Shown here: positions 25,607-38,747 of the stretch, piece after piece
Position numbering within the stretch: position 1 is the stretch's first letter
Layout: each line of letters opens with the position of its first letter
Source: Heterodontus francisci
Lineage: Eukaryota
Assembly (NCBI RefSeq): GCF_036365525.1
Contig: NC_090404.1
Coordinates: forward strand, 4,092,001-4,156,000
Direction of reading: 5' to 3'
Length of the DNA stretch: 64,000 bases
Translations under genes and position numbers: made by a program
Notes under the pieces: generated by a model
The model's database searches: none
Seen by the model: only the letters and a program-made list of their open reading frames with translations
Told to the model about the DNA's origin: nothing

Positions 25607-27029
25607 GATTGCAAGGTGGTTCCACATCGTGATATAATCTATTTCACTAGATTGTTTCTGCATTTTATTTCCTTTTATTCAAACTGTAATTGCAGATTGT
25701 TTAATACCGTGTGATATAAACAGAGATATGGCCCCGTGCAATTATAACAGAGAGACAGGACATCAGGTGAAACTTTAAGAACCATGTCTTGATGTAATCG
25801 TTATTGAAACAATACTTCGTACAATAATAACTGAAAGTGGTTATAGTGCAAGACTAACAGAAGCAGGGTTAGCATTCACAATACCAGAAACATGGTCCTA
25901 CAGAAAAGTGACAGAGACAAAGTCTCCAGCAATAATAATAGAGGTGTGCACTGGAATTGGAATAACAGACAGGTTATTTTTCTAAAAATAAGAATGGCAA
26001 TGTGTAACAATTACACAGACAGGGTCTAATACAATAAGAGTAGAGGCAGGATCCAGAGTATAACAGCAAAGATGTGGCTTACTTTGAGTGTAACCAAGGC
26101 AGTGTTTGATCCAATAATAACAGAGGCAGGCTGCAGTGTATTACTGAACACATCACTATATCCAGTGTGATGATAACACAGTCAGTATCCAGTGCATCAA
26201 AACCAAAGCTTTGGTCTCCTCTCATAGTGCAAGTGAGTCAGAATCTATTGACATAACATCAAATACTTTGCCTAACACCTCATAACAGAGTCAATGTCCA
26301 CTGCAGTTTGAATGGGATGGGCTTAGTGTAATAACGCAGGCACTGTCTGGTGTAATGGGAGCTGGGAAAAGATCATGTCAGCATTGACACTCTCAGCCTC
26401 AGTCAGAAGGTGTGGGATCAAGCCCCACTCCAGACACTCGACTGCATAATCTAGGCCGATGCTCCCGTTGCCAATATAAATGCAAGTCGTTCTGTTCTTT
26501 TGCCCACTATTTTGTTAGACTCAGAAGGAGTGAGGGGAATGGCAGATGGAGCAATTCTAGGCAATTTCGCCATCCAGCGAGGCAGGGGTTCTGGTGACAT
26601 AATTGCAAGTTTGACGTGACTGCCCACTCCTAAAAGACCTCTTCCCCCTCTCCCACTAATAATCACAGAGGCCGGCTCAAGGGTATCAATAACAAAGGCT
26701 GCCTTTACTGCAGGAACTCTTACCTTGAGAGAGGCAGGGGGTCTAATAAACACCCGATTGTAATAGGAAGACAAAGTGTAGGTAAGCACTGACGTTTTGG
26801 GCCCAGTACAGGCTTCTGTGTTATGGTGAGTGAAACATGGAGTAGTGTGAAAAAATAGGAATGGAAACATCATGACAGGCACATGTGGCTGACTCCACCT
26901 GACTAAGCTGATGCACAAAAGGGGGTGACCATGAGGACAGGGCGTACTCCAGAGATTTCTGATATCTGAGGTGGCAATGGTGCATGTCTCAGAGGAACTG
27001 AAAAGAAACTGTTTCTTCTCATCTGTCAG

Positions 27030-27490
27030 CTGTGCCTCAGTTTTTACAACGCTCACCTTTGAGTCATAAGCTTCCAGGTTCAAGACCCAATCCGGGGCTT
27101 GAGAGCAAAAATCAAGGCTGATGCAGTAGTGCAGTATTGAGGGAGCACAGCACTGCCAGAGGTGCCGTCTTTCAGATGAGATGTTAAACCGAGGCCCAAA
27201 TCTACTTGCTCGGGTGGATGTAAAAGCTCTCTGGTACTATTTGGAAGAAGAACAAAGGAGTTATCCCCAGTGTCCTGGTCAAGGTTTATCCCTCAATCAA
27301 CATCACAAAAACAGATTATCCAGTCTTTATCGCATTGCTGCTTGTGGGAGTTTGCTGTTTGTAAACTGGCTGATATGTTTCCTGCATTACAACAGTGACT
27401 ACACTTCAAAAGTACTTCATGGATTCTAAAGCATTTTGAGATGTCCGGTGGTTGTGAAAAGCGTGATATAAATGCAAGTCTTTCCTTTCC
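27030..27490 (+). mobile_element. Deu-domain-type SINE
   Basis: Paralog of 13450-13930; tail atataaatgcaagtctttc. Confidence 0.7.
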
Positions 27491-27868
27491 TTTTTGCAGT
27501 CGCTGTGTTGCACAGGAACATCGGGGCCGGATCTGACAATTCGTAGAAACCAATGTTTTAAATCTTTTGCTAAAGCCAATTAAATTCAAAGTTCAAACCT
27601 CACCAGAGGAAAGTTCAGAGTTGTGCAAAAATGAGTGAGCTGTCCAATTAATCCCATTGTTCATATCGCTGCCAATTTGCACCCCCCACCCCCACTCCAC
27701 CACAACCATCTTTATGGCAACAAAATCAAAAGGGGAGATGACAAGAATTTTGTTTTAATACAGAGATTTTCTGTGATCTGGAATGCACACCGTGAAAGGG
27801 TGCTTGAAGCAGATTGAACAGTAACTTTCAAAGGGAACTGGATAAATACCTGAGGGGAGAGGGGAGAT

Positions 27869-28010
27869 TGTTGCAGGATTCACCCCATCCTTTCAACACA
27901 AATATTACCCACATAATACCAGAGCAATTAGAAATTTCAAACAGCTACTGATAGCTATTAACAAGGTTAAAGATATTCTTCCAGACAGAAAATGATTACA
28001 CCCGCCCTAT
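27869..28010 (-). repeat. Unidentified duplicated unit, copy D (partial)
   Basis: atcctttcaacacaaatattaccc acataataccagagcaattagaaat is shared with the other copies. Confidence 0.8.
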
Positions 28011-28620
28011 TCTGAACACTTCTATTAAATAGTAACACACGCAGGTGGAGAGAGAGAGAGAGAAAGAGAGAGAAAAACAGACACTTTTAAAAAGGCAGAA
28101 ACACGAGGTGGTGAGAGATAAAAGCTGAGAAATAGAGAAAACAAGGAACACACAGAGAGAATGGCATAAAATTAAAGGGAGCAAACTGCCAGCTGCCGGT
28201 TTCAGAGAGCAGAGGGAGCTCAGTGACTGATCCACAGACATGGTCAGTTGTGTCCGGAAATGGAGACTCGAAACAGAAACAACAGGTTCATTTGTAAATG
28301 TCACCACAATGTGATCTGTGTGACTCTGCACCGACTCTGTGGACAGATATAGGCCGCCTTGGCATATGTTTCCATCAGATTGTGGCCCCTGGATTTATTT
28401 TCTGCTCAGAAGTGAGATGTGTGGTTTGGAACCGGCAGAAGAGAAACAGGAAGTTGTGTTGCCTGAGAATGAAATAGCAGGTGTCAATTTCAGGTCGTCA
28501 CCATGAACAGTCTTCCTGCCTGTGAGGGTGGATTCAATCTGACAGCACCAAGAACAAGCTCACAAATTGCTTCTGGTCTCAACATCGCGTTCACCTCCAT
28601 TCACATTTAATTCACATTTG

Positions 28621-29272
28621 ATTCAGTGAGTTCAGTCTGCGAGAGAGGAGAGAGGTTCATTGAGTTCAGTCTGAGCAAGAGGAGAGAGGTTCAGTGAGTT
28701 CAGTCTGAGAGAGCAGAGAGGTTCAGTGAGTTTAGTCTGAGAGAGAGGAGAGAGGTTCAGTGAGTTCAGTCTGAGAGAGAGGAGAGAGGTTCAGTGAGTT
28801 CATTCTGAGAGAGAGGCGAGTGATTCCGTGCGTTCAGTCTGAGAGGAGAGAAATTCAATGAGTTCAGTCTGAGACAGTGCAGAGAGGTTCAGTGAGTTCA
28901 GTCTGAGAGAGAGGAGATTGATTCAGTGAGTTCAGTCTGACAGAAAGGAGAGAAATTCAATGAGTTCCGTCTGAGAGACAGGAGAGAGATTCAGTGAGTT
29001 CAGTCTGAGAGAGAGGAGAGAGATTCAGTGTGTTCAGTCTGAGCGAGAGAAGAGAGATTCAGTGAGTTCAGTCTGAAGGAGAGGAGAGAGATTCAGTGAG
29101 TTCAGACTGAGAGAGAGGAGAGAGATTCAGTGAGTTCAGTCTGAGAGAGAGGAGAGAGATTCAGTGAGTTCAGTCTGAGAGAGAGGAGAGAGATTCGGTG
29201 AGTTCAGTCTGAGAGAGGAGAGAGCTTCAGTGACTTCATTGCATCTGAGAGAGAGGTTCAATGAGTTCAGTG
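28621..29272. repeat. 34-bp minisatellite (tcagtgagttcagtctgagagagaggagagagat), about 19 copies
   Basis: Units start at e.g. 28991, 29025, 29059. Confidence 0.97.
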
Positions 29273-29639
29273 ACAGACGTGTTCGCCTGGGAATTGGAAG
29301 AGTCTGTGTGAGATCACTTTCTCAACAAGACCACACAACAGAATGTGTTGTGAATAGGTGTTATCGTTATTGAATGATACGTAATACTATTACATTTTGA
29401 ATAAATTGAAATTGAATAAAATGTTGTAAAACGCTTTGTGCACATTCTCACTTATGTTAGTGCAATGCATTGCATGCATTGAGAAGTATGTGTTCTGGGC
29501 GCGCCGTATCCACACACAACACACACACACACGCACACATGTGCCTCACACACGGTCACCCACAAACCACACACCCACACCCACAGAGCATACCACACAC
29601 ATGCACATACGCACACACAGAAACATTTTGTTTTAGCTG

Positions 29640-29858
29640 GTTTCAGTTGCACCACTGAACTAGTTGATGAAAATCTAATCGGGTGGACATTAGGACGCTA
29701 TGGCAGCCCATCTGGTGGTGCTGGGAGGACACGGTTCCAGACTCTGTCCAACACAATCTGTGGGTCAGGCGAAAGTTAAACAGAAATTCCTGCAGAAAAA
29801 AAAAATCCTTAACATTAAAAAAAAACTATCAGCAATGGAGACAGTACAACACAAATAT
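29640..29858 (-). repeat. Unidentified duplicated unit, copy E 3' part (5' part at 33220-33460)
   Basis: Acceptor tttctgcAG (exon starts 29789); colinear with copy A once the CR1 is removed. Confidence 0.8.
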
Positions 29859-32800
29859 CATAGAGTTATGCAGGACACAAACAGGCCCTTCGGCCCATTG
29901 TGTCTTTCCCGTTCATCAAGCACCTAACTATTCTAATCCCATTTTCCAGCCATTGGATCAGAGCCTTGTATAATATGGCGTTTCAGGTGCTCATCTATAT
30001 ACTTCTTGTTGTGAGGGTTCCTGCCTCTACCACCTCTTCAAGCAGTGCATTCTAGATTCCAACCACTCTCTGGGTGAAAATGTTTTCCTCAAATCCACTC
30101 TAAACCTCCTGCACCTTACCTTAAAACTATGCCCCCTGGTTATTGACCGCTCGGCTAAGGGAAAATGTTTCTTCCTATCTAACCTATCAATGCCCCTCAT
30201 AATTTTGTCTCCCTCAATCATATCTCCCCTCACCCTTCTCTGCTCCAAGGAAAACAACCGTAGCCTTTTCAGTCTCTCTGCATAGCTGAAATGCTCCAGC
30301 CCAAGCAGCATCCTGGTGAATCTTCTCAGCACCCTCTCCAGTGCAATCACATCCTTCCTATAGTCTGGTGCCCAGAACTGTGCACAGTACTCTAGCTGTG
30401 GCCTAACTGGCATTTTATACAGCTGCATCATAACCTCCCTGCTCTGAAATTCTATGCCTTGGCTCATGAAGGCAAGTATCCCATATGCTTTCCTAACCAC
30501 CTTATCTACCTGTGCTGCTGCCTTAAGTGATCTATGGACAAGTATACCAAGGTCCCTCTGACCCTCTGTATTTCCTAGGGTCCCACCATCCGTTGTATAT
30601 TCCCCTGCCTTGTTAGTCCTCTCAAAATGCATCACATCACACTTCTCAGGATTAAATTCCATTTGCCAAAGCTCCACCCATCTTACCAGCCCATCAACAT
30701 CGGCCTGTAATCTGAGGCTTTCCTCCTCACTATTTATGACACCACCAATTTTCGTGTCATCTGCGAACCTACTTACCATACCTCCTATGTTCACGTCTAA
30801 ATCAATAATGTACACTAAAAACAGCAAGGGTCGCAGCAACAATCCCTGTGGTACACTACTGGTCACAGGCTTCCACTCACAAAAACAACCCTCGACCATG
30901 ACCCTCTGCCTCCTGCCACTGAGCCCATTTTGGATCCAATTTGCCAATTTGCTTCTTGACCAATCTCCCATGTGGGACCTTATCAAAAGCCTTACTGAAG
31001 TCCATAAATACTACATCAACTGCTTTATTCTCATCTACAAAATGTCATCACCGCCTCAAAAAATTCAATCAAGCTAGTCAGACACGATCTCCCACTGACA
31101 AAGCAATGCTGACTATCCCTGATTAATCCCTGCCTCTCCAATTGGAGATTAATCCTGTCCCTCAGAGATTTTTCCAATAGTTTCCCAACCAATTATATTA
31201 GACTCACTGTCCTGTAATTACTTGGTTTATCCCTGCTACCCTTCTTAAATAATGGTACCACATTCGCGGCCCTCCAATTCTCTGGTACCTCTCCTGTGGC
31301 CAGAGAGGATTTGAAACTTTGAGTCAGAGCCCCTGCTACCTCCTCCCTTGCCTCACATAACAGCCTGTGTTACATCTCATCTGGGCGTGGGGATTTGTAC
31401 AGTTTTAAGCCCGAGATAACTGCTTATTCTTCTTCCCTTTCAATGCTAATATGTTCAAGTATATCACAATCCCCCTCCCTGATCTCTACACCTACATCGT
31501 CCTTCTCCATAGTGAACACAGATGAAAAGTAATCATTTAAAACCTCACCTATGTTCTCCGGCTCCACACACAGAATGCCACTTTGGTCCCGAATGGGTCC
31601 TACTCTTTCCCTGGTTATCCTCTTGCCTTTAATATACTTGCAAAACGCCTTAGGATTTTCCTTTATCTTGCCTGCCAGTGTTTTTTCATGTCCCCTCTTC
31701 TCTCTCCTAATTACTAATTTAAGTACCCCCCTACAATTTCTATACTCCTCTAGTGCCTCCACTGTTTTCAGCACACTGAATATGCCATAAGTTTCCGTTT
31801 TTTTACTGATCCAATCCTCTATATCCCTTAACATCCAGGGTTCCCTGAACTTGTTGGTTCTACCCTTCACCTTACTGGTTACATGTTGGCTCTGAACTCT
31901 CACTATTTCCTCTTTGAATGACTCCCACTGATCTGATGTCGACTTTCCTACAAGTAGCTGCTCTCAGTCCACTTTGGCCAGATCATGTTTTATCATCCGA
32001 AAATCGGCCTTCTCCCAATTCAGAACCTTTATTTTCCGTCCATCTTTGTCCTTTTCCATAACTACCTTAAATCTTGCAGAGTTATGGACACTATCCCCGA
32101 AATGTTCCCCCACTGACACTTCTCCCACTTGTCTGGCTTCATTCCCTAGGATTAGGTCCAGTACTGTCCCTTCTCTTGTTTGGACTATCTACGTACTGGC
32201 TCAAAAAGCTCTCCTGTATGCATTTTAAGAATTCTGCCCCCTTTAAGCTATTTGCACTGAGTCGATCCCAGTTGATATTGGGGAAGTTGAAATTCCCTGC
32301 TATTATTACCCTATTATTTTTACATCTCTCTGAGATTTGCCTACATATCTGCTCCTCTATCTCTCCCTGACTATTTGGAGGCCTGTAGTCCACTCCCAGC
32401 CCAGTGATTGCCCCATTTGTGTTTTTAAGTTCTACCCATTTGAGGAACCTTCTAAGATATCATCCCTCCTCATTGCAATAATTGACTCCTTGATCAACAG
32501 TGCAAGGCCAACTCCTCTTTTACACCCTCCCCTATCATGCCTGAAGATTCTATTCCCTGGGATACTGAGCTGCCAGCACTGCCCTTCCCTCAACAATGAC
32601 CCTATGACAGTAATAATACCACATTCCCATGTGTTAATCAACACCCTCAATTCATCTGCCTTACTTGTAAGACTCCTTGCATTAAAATAGATGCAATCCA
32701 GCCTTGCATTTTGCACTTGTGCCTTAACAGGTCTATATTTGCTCTGCCTTCCAGATTGACTCAGTTTATGTCGATGACTGTGCATCACCCTCCACGATAC

Positions 32801-33218
32801 CTACACTCAGTATCCCATCCCCCTGCCAAGTTAGTTTAAACCACACACCCCCACACCCAGCAACAGCACCAGCAAACCTCCCAGCAAGGATGTTGGCCCG
32901 TTCTGGTTCAGGTGCAACCCGTCCAACTTCTTCAGGTCCCAAATTTGCTGGAAACAGACCCAGTGATCAAGGAAACTAAAGCCTTCCCTCCTGCACCACC
33001 TCCTCAGCCACGCATTCATCTGCTCTATCCTTCTAATCCTATACTCACTAGCACGTGGCACCGAGAGTAATCCAGGGATTACAACCTTTGAGATCCTGCT
33101 TGTTAATCTTCTTCCTAGCTCACTAAATTCTTGTTACAGGACCTCATCCCTCTTTTCACCTATGTCGTTGGTGCCAAAGTGTACTACGACCTCTGACTGT
33201 TCCCCTCCCCTTTCAGAA
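29859..33218 (-). mobile_element. CR1 LINE (ORF1 esterase end, APE, RT; decayed) splitting copy E
   Basis: 319-aa RT frame (RFADDTK), APE motifs (YFNARSL, GNFNFP), DGLHLN; AATAT at both junctions. Confidence 0.93.
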
Positions 33219-33219
33219 T

Positions 33220-33460
33220 ATGTATTAGTAAACTTTGACACAACAGAGTGTGTCACTAAGTAATGTAAAGCGCAGTGCACTATTGCTCACCTTTAGTCCT
33301 GTCCCTCAATCCCAGTTCATCTCTGGGAGACTGTTGCAGGATTCAACCCATCCTTTCAACACCAATATTACCCACATAATAAAGAGCAATTAGAAATTGA
33401 AAACAGCTGCTGATAATTATTCACAAAACTAAACGTATTTTTCGTACGAAAAATGAATAA
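33220..33460 (-). repeat. Unidentified duplicated unit, copy E 5' part with 62-nt exon 33291-33352
   Basis: ttgaaAG|gatggg...actaaag|GTGAGC, both splice sites intact. Confidence 0.8.
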
Positions 33461-33654
33461 TTCCTCACACACAAATGTTTATCTTTATATGTATTAATAT
33501 GTATGACTGTCACTGTCGTCCCATCTAGCTATATGTCTGTCTATCTCCCAATCTATCTGTCTGTCTGTCGCGCTATTTGGCTAGCTAGCTGTCAAGCTAT
33601 TTGTGTGGCTATTTGTCTATCTATCTATCTATCTATCTGTCTATCTATCTATCA

Positions 33655-36300
33655 GAATATAAGAAATAGGAGCAGGAGTCGGTCATTCAGCCCCTCGAGC
33701 TAGCTTTGTTGTTCAATCAGATTATGGGCTGATCTGCTCATGACCTTAACTCCACTTTCCTGCCTGTCCACCATAACCCTTGACTCTCTTATAAAGCAAA
33801 AATTTGTCCAACTCACCTTTGAATATATACAATGACCCAGCTTCCACTGCCCTCTGGGGAAGAGAATTCCAACCACTAACGACCCTCTGAGAGAAGAAAT
33901 TCCTCTTCCTCCGTCTTAAATGGGAGACCCCTTATTTAGAGACTGTGCCCCCGAGTTCTAGATTCCCCCATGAGGGGAAACATCCTCTCTGCAGCTACCC
34001 TTTCAAACCCCCTCAGAATCTTATATGTTTCAATAAGGTCATCTCTTATTCTTCTAAACTCCAATGAGTATAGGCCCAACCTACTGAACCATTTCTCATA
34101 CGACAGCCCTTCATCCCAGTCACTGGACTAGTAATCCAGATGCCCAGGCTAGTGCTCTGGGGACATGGGTTAGAATCCCACCACGGCAGATGGTGAAATT
34201 TGAATTCAATTAATAAACCTGGAATTGTAAATACTAGTCTAATGTTGACCATGAAACCATGTCGATTGTTTCTAAAAACCCATCTGGTTCACTCATGTCC
34301 TTTCGAGAATGAAATCTGCCGTCCTTGCCTTGTTTGGCCTACATGTGACTGCAGGCCCAGAGCAATGTGGTTGACTCTTAAAATGCCCTCTGAAATGGCC
34401 TCGCAAGCCATTCAGTTCAAGGCCAAATAAAGATGGGCAATAAATGTTCCCTTAGCCAGAGATGCCCATATCCCATGAACAAATAAAAGAAAGGGAATCG
34501 GCCTCGTGAAACTTCTCTGAACTGCTTCCAATGCAAGTACATCCCTCCTTATGTAAGAAGACCAAAACTGTACCAATGCCCTGTACAGTTGCAGCTAAAT
34601 TTCCCTACTTTTATACACCACCGTCCTTGCAATAAACACCAACATTCCATTTGCCTTCCTTATTACTTGCTGTATCTGCATGCTAACTTTTTGTGATGCC
34701 TGCACAAGGATACCCAGATCCCTCTGTACCACAGCATTCTGCAGTCTCTCTCCCTGTAAATATTATTCTGCTTTTCTATCCTCCTGCATTAAACTCCATC
34801 TGCCAAATTCTTGCCCAGTCTCTTAACCTATCTATATGTCTTTGCAGACAGTTGTGTCTTCCTTACAACTTGCTTTCCGAAAAATTGTCCACAAATTTGG
34901 CTACATACACTCGGTCCTTTCATCCAAGTCATAAATATAGATTGTAAATAGTTGAGGCCCAAGCACTGATCCCTGTGGCAGTCCACTAGTTATGGTTTGC
35001 CAACCTGAAAATGTGCCACTTACCCTGTCTCTCTGTTTCCTGTTAATTATCCAATCCTCTATGTATGCGAACATATTACCCCCAACACCATGAGCTCTTA
35101 TCTTGTGTAATAAACTTTTTTGTGGCAGCTTATCGAACGCCTTTTGGAAATCCAAAAACACATCTGTTGGTTCCATATTATACACCCTGCTTGTTACATC
35201 GTCAAAGCACTGTAATAAATTTGCCAAATACAATTTCCTTTTCATAAACCATGTTGACTCTACCTGGCTGCATGATAGAGTCATAGAGTCATAACGGTAC
35301 AGGAGGAGGCCATTCAGCCCACCGAGTCCATGCTGGCTCTCTGGAGAGCAATCCAATCAATCCTGTTCACCAGCTCCATCCCTGTTGCCCTGAAAATGTA
35401 TTTCTCTCAAGTGCTCATCCAATTTCCTATTGAAATCATTCATCATCTCTGCTTCCACACTCTCGTGGGCAACAAGTTCCATGTCATTACCACTCGATGT
35501 ATAAAGCAGTTCTTCCTTATATAACCACTGCATCTGTAGCCAAAAACCTTAAAATTGTATCCTCTAATCCTTGCACCATCAGCGAATGGGAACAGATTTG
35601 CTTTATCTACTCTATCCAACCCTGTCATAATCTTGCATACCTCTATCAACTCTCTCCTCAGTCGCCTTTGCTCCAAGAAGAACAACACCAGATTCTCCAA
35701 CCTAACCTTGTAGCTAACATTCCTCATCTCTGGGGCCATTCTTATAAATCTCCTCTGCACCCTCACATCCTTCCTAAGTGTGGTGACCAGTACTAGATGC
35801 AATACTTTAGTTGTGGCCTAACCCGAGCTTTACAGAGGCTCAGCAGAACATCCCTGCCTTTGTGCTCAATGCTTCTATTTTTGAAGCCCAAGATCGCAAA
35901 TGCTTTGTTAACTCCTCTCTTACTATGTCCTGCTACGTTGAAAGATCTATACACATGAACCTCCAGTTCCCTCTGCCCCTGGACACTCTTTGGAACTGTA
36001 ACATTTGGTCTATACTGCCTCGGCTTACCCCTTTTGTCAAAATGCATCGCCTCACATATCTCTGTAATAACTTCCATCTGCCACTTGCCTGTCCGTTATA
36101 CTTGCCTATCTATGTACTTTTGTAGTTGATTTGTATCATCCTCATTGTCTGCCAAATGATTTTCCAAATGACCTGTTTCTATTTCCTTAATCATGAATTC
36201 TAGCATTTTTCCAATGACACATGTTCGGCTAACCTGGCTATAGTTCCCTGCTTTCTGTCACCTTCTTTCTTGAATCTTGGTGTTACATTTGCGTTTTTCC
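33655..36300 (-). mobile_element. Nested CR1 fragments with a tRNA-derived SINE (34120-34490, plus)
   Basis: [17 protein letters not shown] motifs; several CR1 tails. Confidence 0.85.
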
Positions 36301-36965
36301 CTCTATCTATCTATCTATCCATCCATCAATGTGGCTGTTTATCTATCAATCTTTGTCAGAGATGTTTTACAGTGCAGCAATAAATAAGATAGGACCTGGT
36401 GTACTATAAAAAGAGACAGGAGAGAATGCAGTCTTGACTGAGACAGGGCTGTGGGTAATATAATTTGAGACTGGGCCTTGTGCAGTAATAACTGAGACAT
36501 TGCCGAGTGTAAAATAACCAGATACATGGTCTAGCGGAGTAATAATCTGGACATGTTTTAGTGTAATATAAGCAAGGACTGGGGGCGGCCTAGTGGAATA
36601 TAAACAAAAAGAAGGTCATTTAAATAAAAAGTATGTGAGGGCCTTGTGTAATGTAACCAGAGACATGTTCTCGAGTAATAGAGACATAAACAGTCAATTT
36701 TATTGTAAACAGAATCACCAGTTAATATAGCAAGAACTGAGAGAGGGCCAAGTGATGCTAATAAAGATGCATGACCTCAAATAAAATAAACGAAGAGAGA
36801 TTTTTACTTCAATATCCTTCCTAATAGCATTGTGGGTGTACCTACTCCACAGGGACTGCAGCGGTTCAAGAAAGCAGCTCACGATCACCTTCTCAAAGGC
36901 AATTATGGAACGGCAATTAATGTTGGCCTGGCCAACGACACCCACAACCCATTAAACCAATAATT

Positions 36966-37325
36966 AGGGCGGCACAGTGGCGCAGTGGTTAGCACCGCAG
37001 CCTCACAGCTCCAGGGACCCGGGTTCGATTCCTGGTACTGTCTGTGTGGAGTTTGCAAGTTCTCCCTGTGTCTGCGTGGGTTTTCTCCGGGTGCTCCGGT
37101 TTCCTCTCACAAGCCAAAAGACTTGCAGGTTGATAGGTAAATTGGCCATTATAAATTGTCACTAGTATAGGTAGGTGGTAGGGAAATATAGGAACAGGTG
37201 GGGATGTTTGGGAGGAATATGGGATTAGTGTAGGATTAGTATAAATGGGTGGTTGATGTTCGGCACAGACTCGGTGGGCCGAAGGGCCTGTTTCAGTGCT
37301 GTATCTCTAATCTAATCTAATCTAA
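36966..37325 (+). mobile_element. HE1-like tRNA-derived SINE, full length
   Basis: A box tggcgcagtgg, B box ggttcgattcc, (ctaat)n tail; near-identical to 42189-42545. Confidence 0.92.
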
Positions 37326-38676
37326 ATAAAATAGACTTTCACTGCCATCCGCTGGCCAGACATTGCCATTGCTCCTACTGTGAAAATGTCAATGTCGCTT
37401 ACTGTTTCTGTCGTAATGTGTCAAGAAACAACTCAACTAATTCCAGATGAACGTGGCCGATTTGTGCCTCGATACATCAGGAACAGTGCAAAGCGGTTGA
37501 ATTCCAGTTTATGTATTTTTGTTGATCTTGGTTCAAGGGAGGAGTGTTGACCAGGACACAGTGTGGAACTATGGGACTTTTAATGTCCACCTCAACAAAA
37601 AAGGGGTGGGGGAGAGATTATTGTTTCAAAATGTCCCTGGAATGATATTGCCCTTTCATTAATGGACCCATTGAAGCCTGGTTAATATACTCAGTTTCTG
37701 AAGCTGACATGGAATCCACAAATTACTGATTCTGAAATCAGAGTCAAGTTGTGTTACCCAAGTTGCTGCTGAAATGTTTCCTGTGTCCAGGTGACATTTT
37801 ATATCCACATTGGTGAATACCATTGCTGTTACGCTTCCGTATACTGATATCACAAATAGCAACTTCTGGATTACAATTACAAAACTTTTGATTGATACAA
37901 TTGAAATTCATTGAATCATGGAATCTGACAGCACAGAAGGAGGCCATTCGGCCCATCGTGGCGGCTGCTTGAAAGAGCTATCCAATCAGTTCCATTCTCC
38001 TGGTCTTTCTCCAAAGTCCTGAAAATCTTTCCTTTTCATGTAATTATACAATACACTTTTGAAAGTTACAATTTTAAGTGGTTACACCAACCTTTCAGGT
38101 AATTCATTCCAGCTGATAACAACTCGCTGAACTTTTAAAAAAAACTCCTCATCTTCTCCCTTCTTCATTTACCATTGAATCGAAATCTGTGTCCTCTCGT
38201 TGTCAACATTCCTGCCAGCGGAAACTTTGTCATGGATATTTTTCCGTGCGATTTGTGTGGTTTGGAACAGGGAAATGTTTGTTTGAATGAGTGAGTTCAG
38301 AGGATTCAGTATTTCACCTTCTTCCTCAGCACCTGAGGCCAAGAAGTTAGATGTTGATGTAGTGTAGCTGATATCAGCATTACCTGACACGGGAAAGGTC
38401 CCTGGTCACTTGGGAAACATTTCATTCAGTTTGTGACAGGATGTTGCTGGTTTACTAACAGTAATGTAAACTATTATCATTCGCCTGACAGATGAACTGT
38501 TTTGTGATAAAAGCAGAAAGCGCTGCAATTACTCAGCGGGTCTGGAAGCATCTGTGGAGAGAGTAGCAGAGCTAAATTTTCAGGTCTGTGGCCTTAACTC
38601 AGAACACAGATCAGCATTTTCTATTTTCATTTCAGACTTCCATCATCGGCAGTTTTTCCTTTTATTGAACGCTTGC

Positions 38677-38747
38677 TTCCCTGGTCAGGAAACAAACCCG
38701 GCCGTGGCGGCAGGAACTCCCAATTCTAACCACTAGACCATCAAGCA
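38677..38747 (-). pseudogene. Decayed tRNA-Glu-like sequence
   Basis: Minus strand ..tggtctagtggttagaatt..ccgccacggccgggtttgtttcctgaccagggaa aligns to vertebrate tRNA-Glu; anticodon and T-loop are disrupted. Confidence 0.65.

Noticed and set aside
28621-29272. CRISPR-like periodicity
   Set aside because: Head-to-tail repeats without unique spacers, in vertebrate DNA; a minisatellite.
36966-37045. tRNA gene-like A/B boxes
   Set aside because: Head of a multi-copy SINE, not a tRNA gene.
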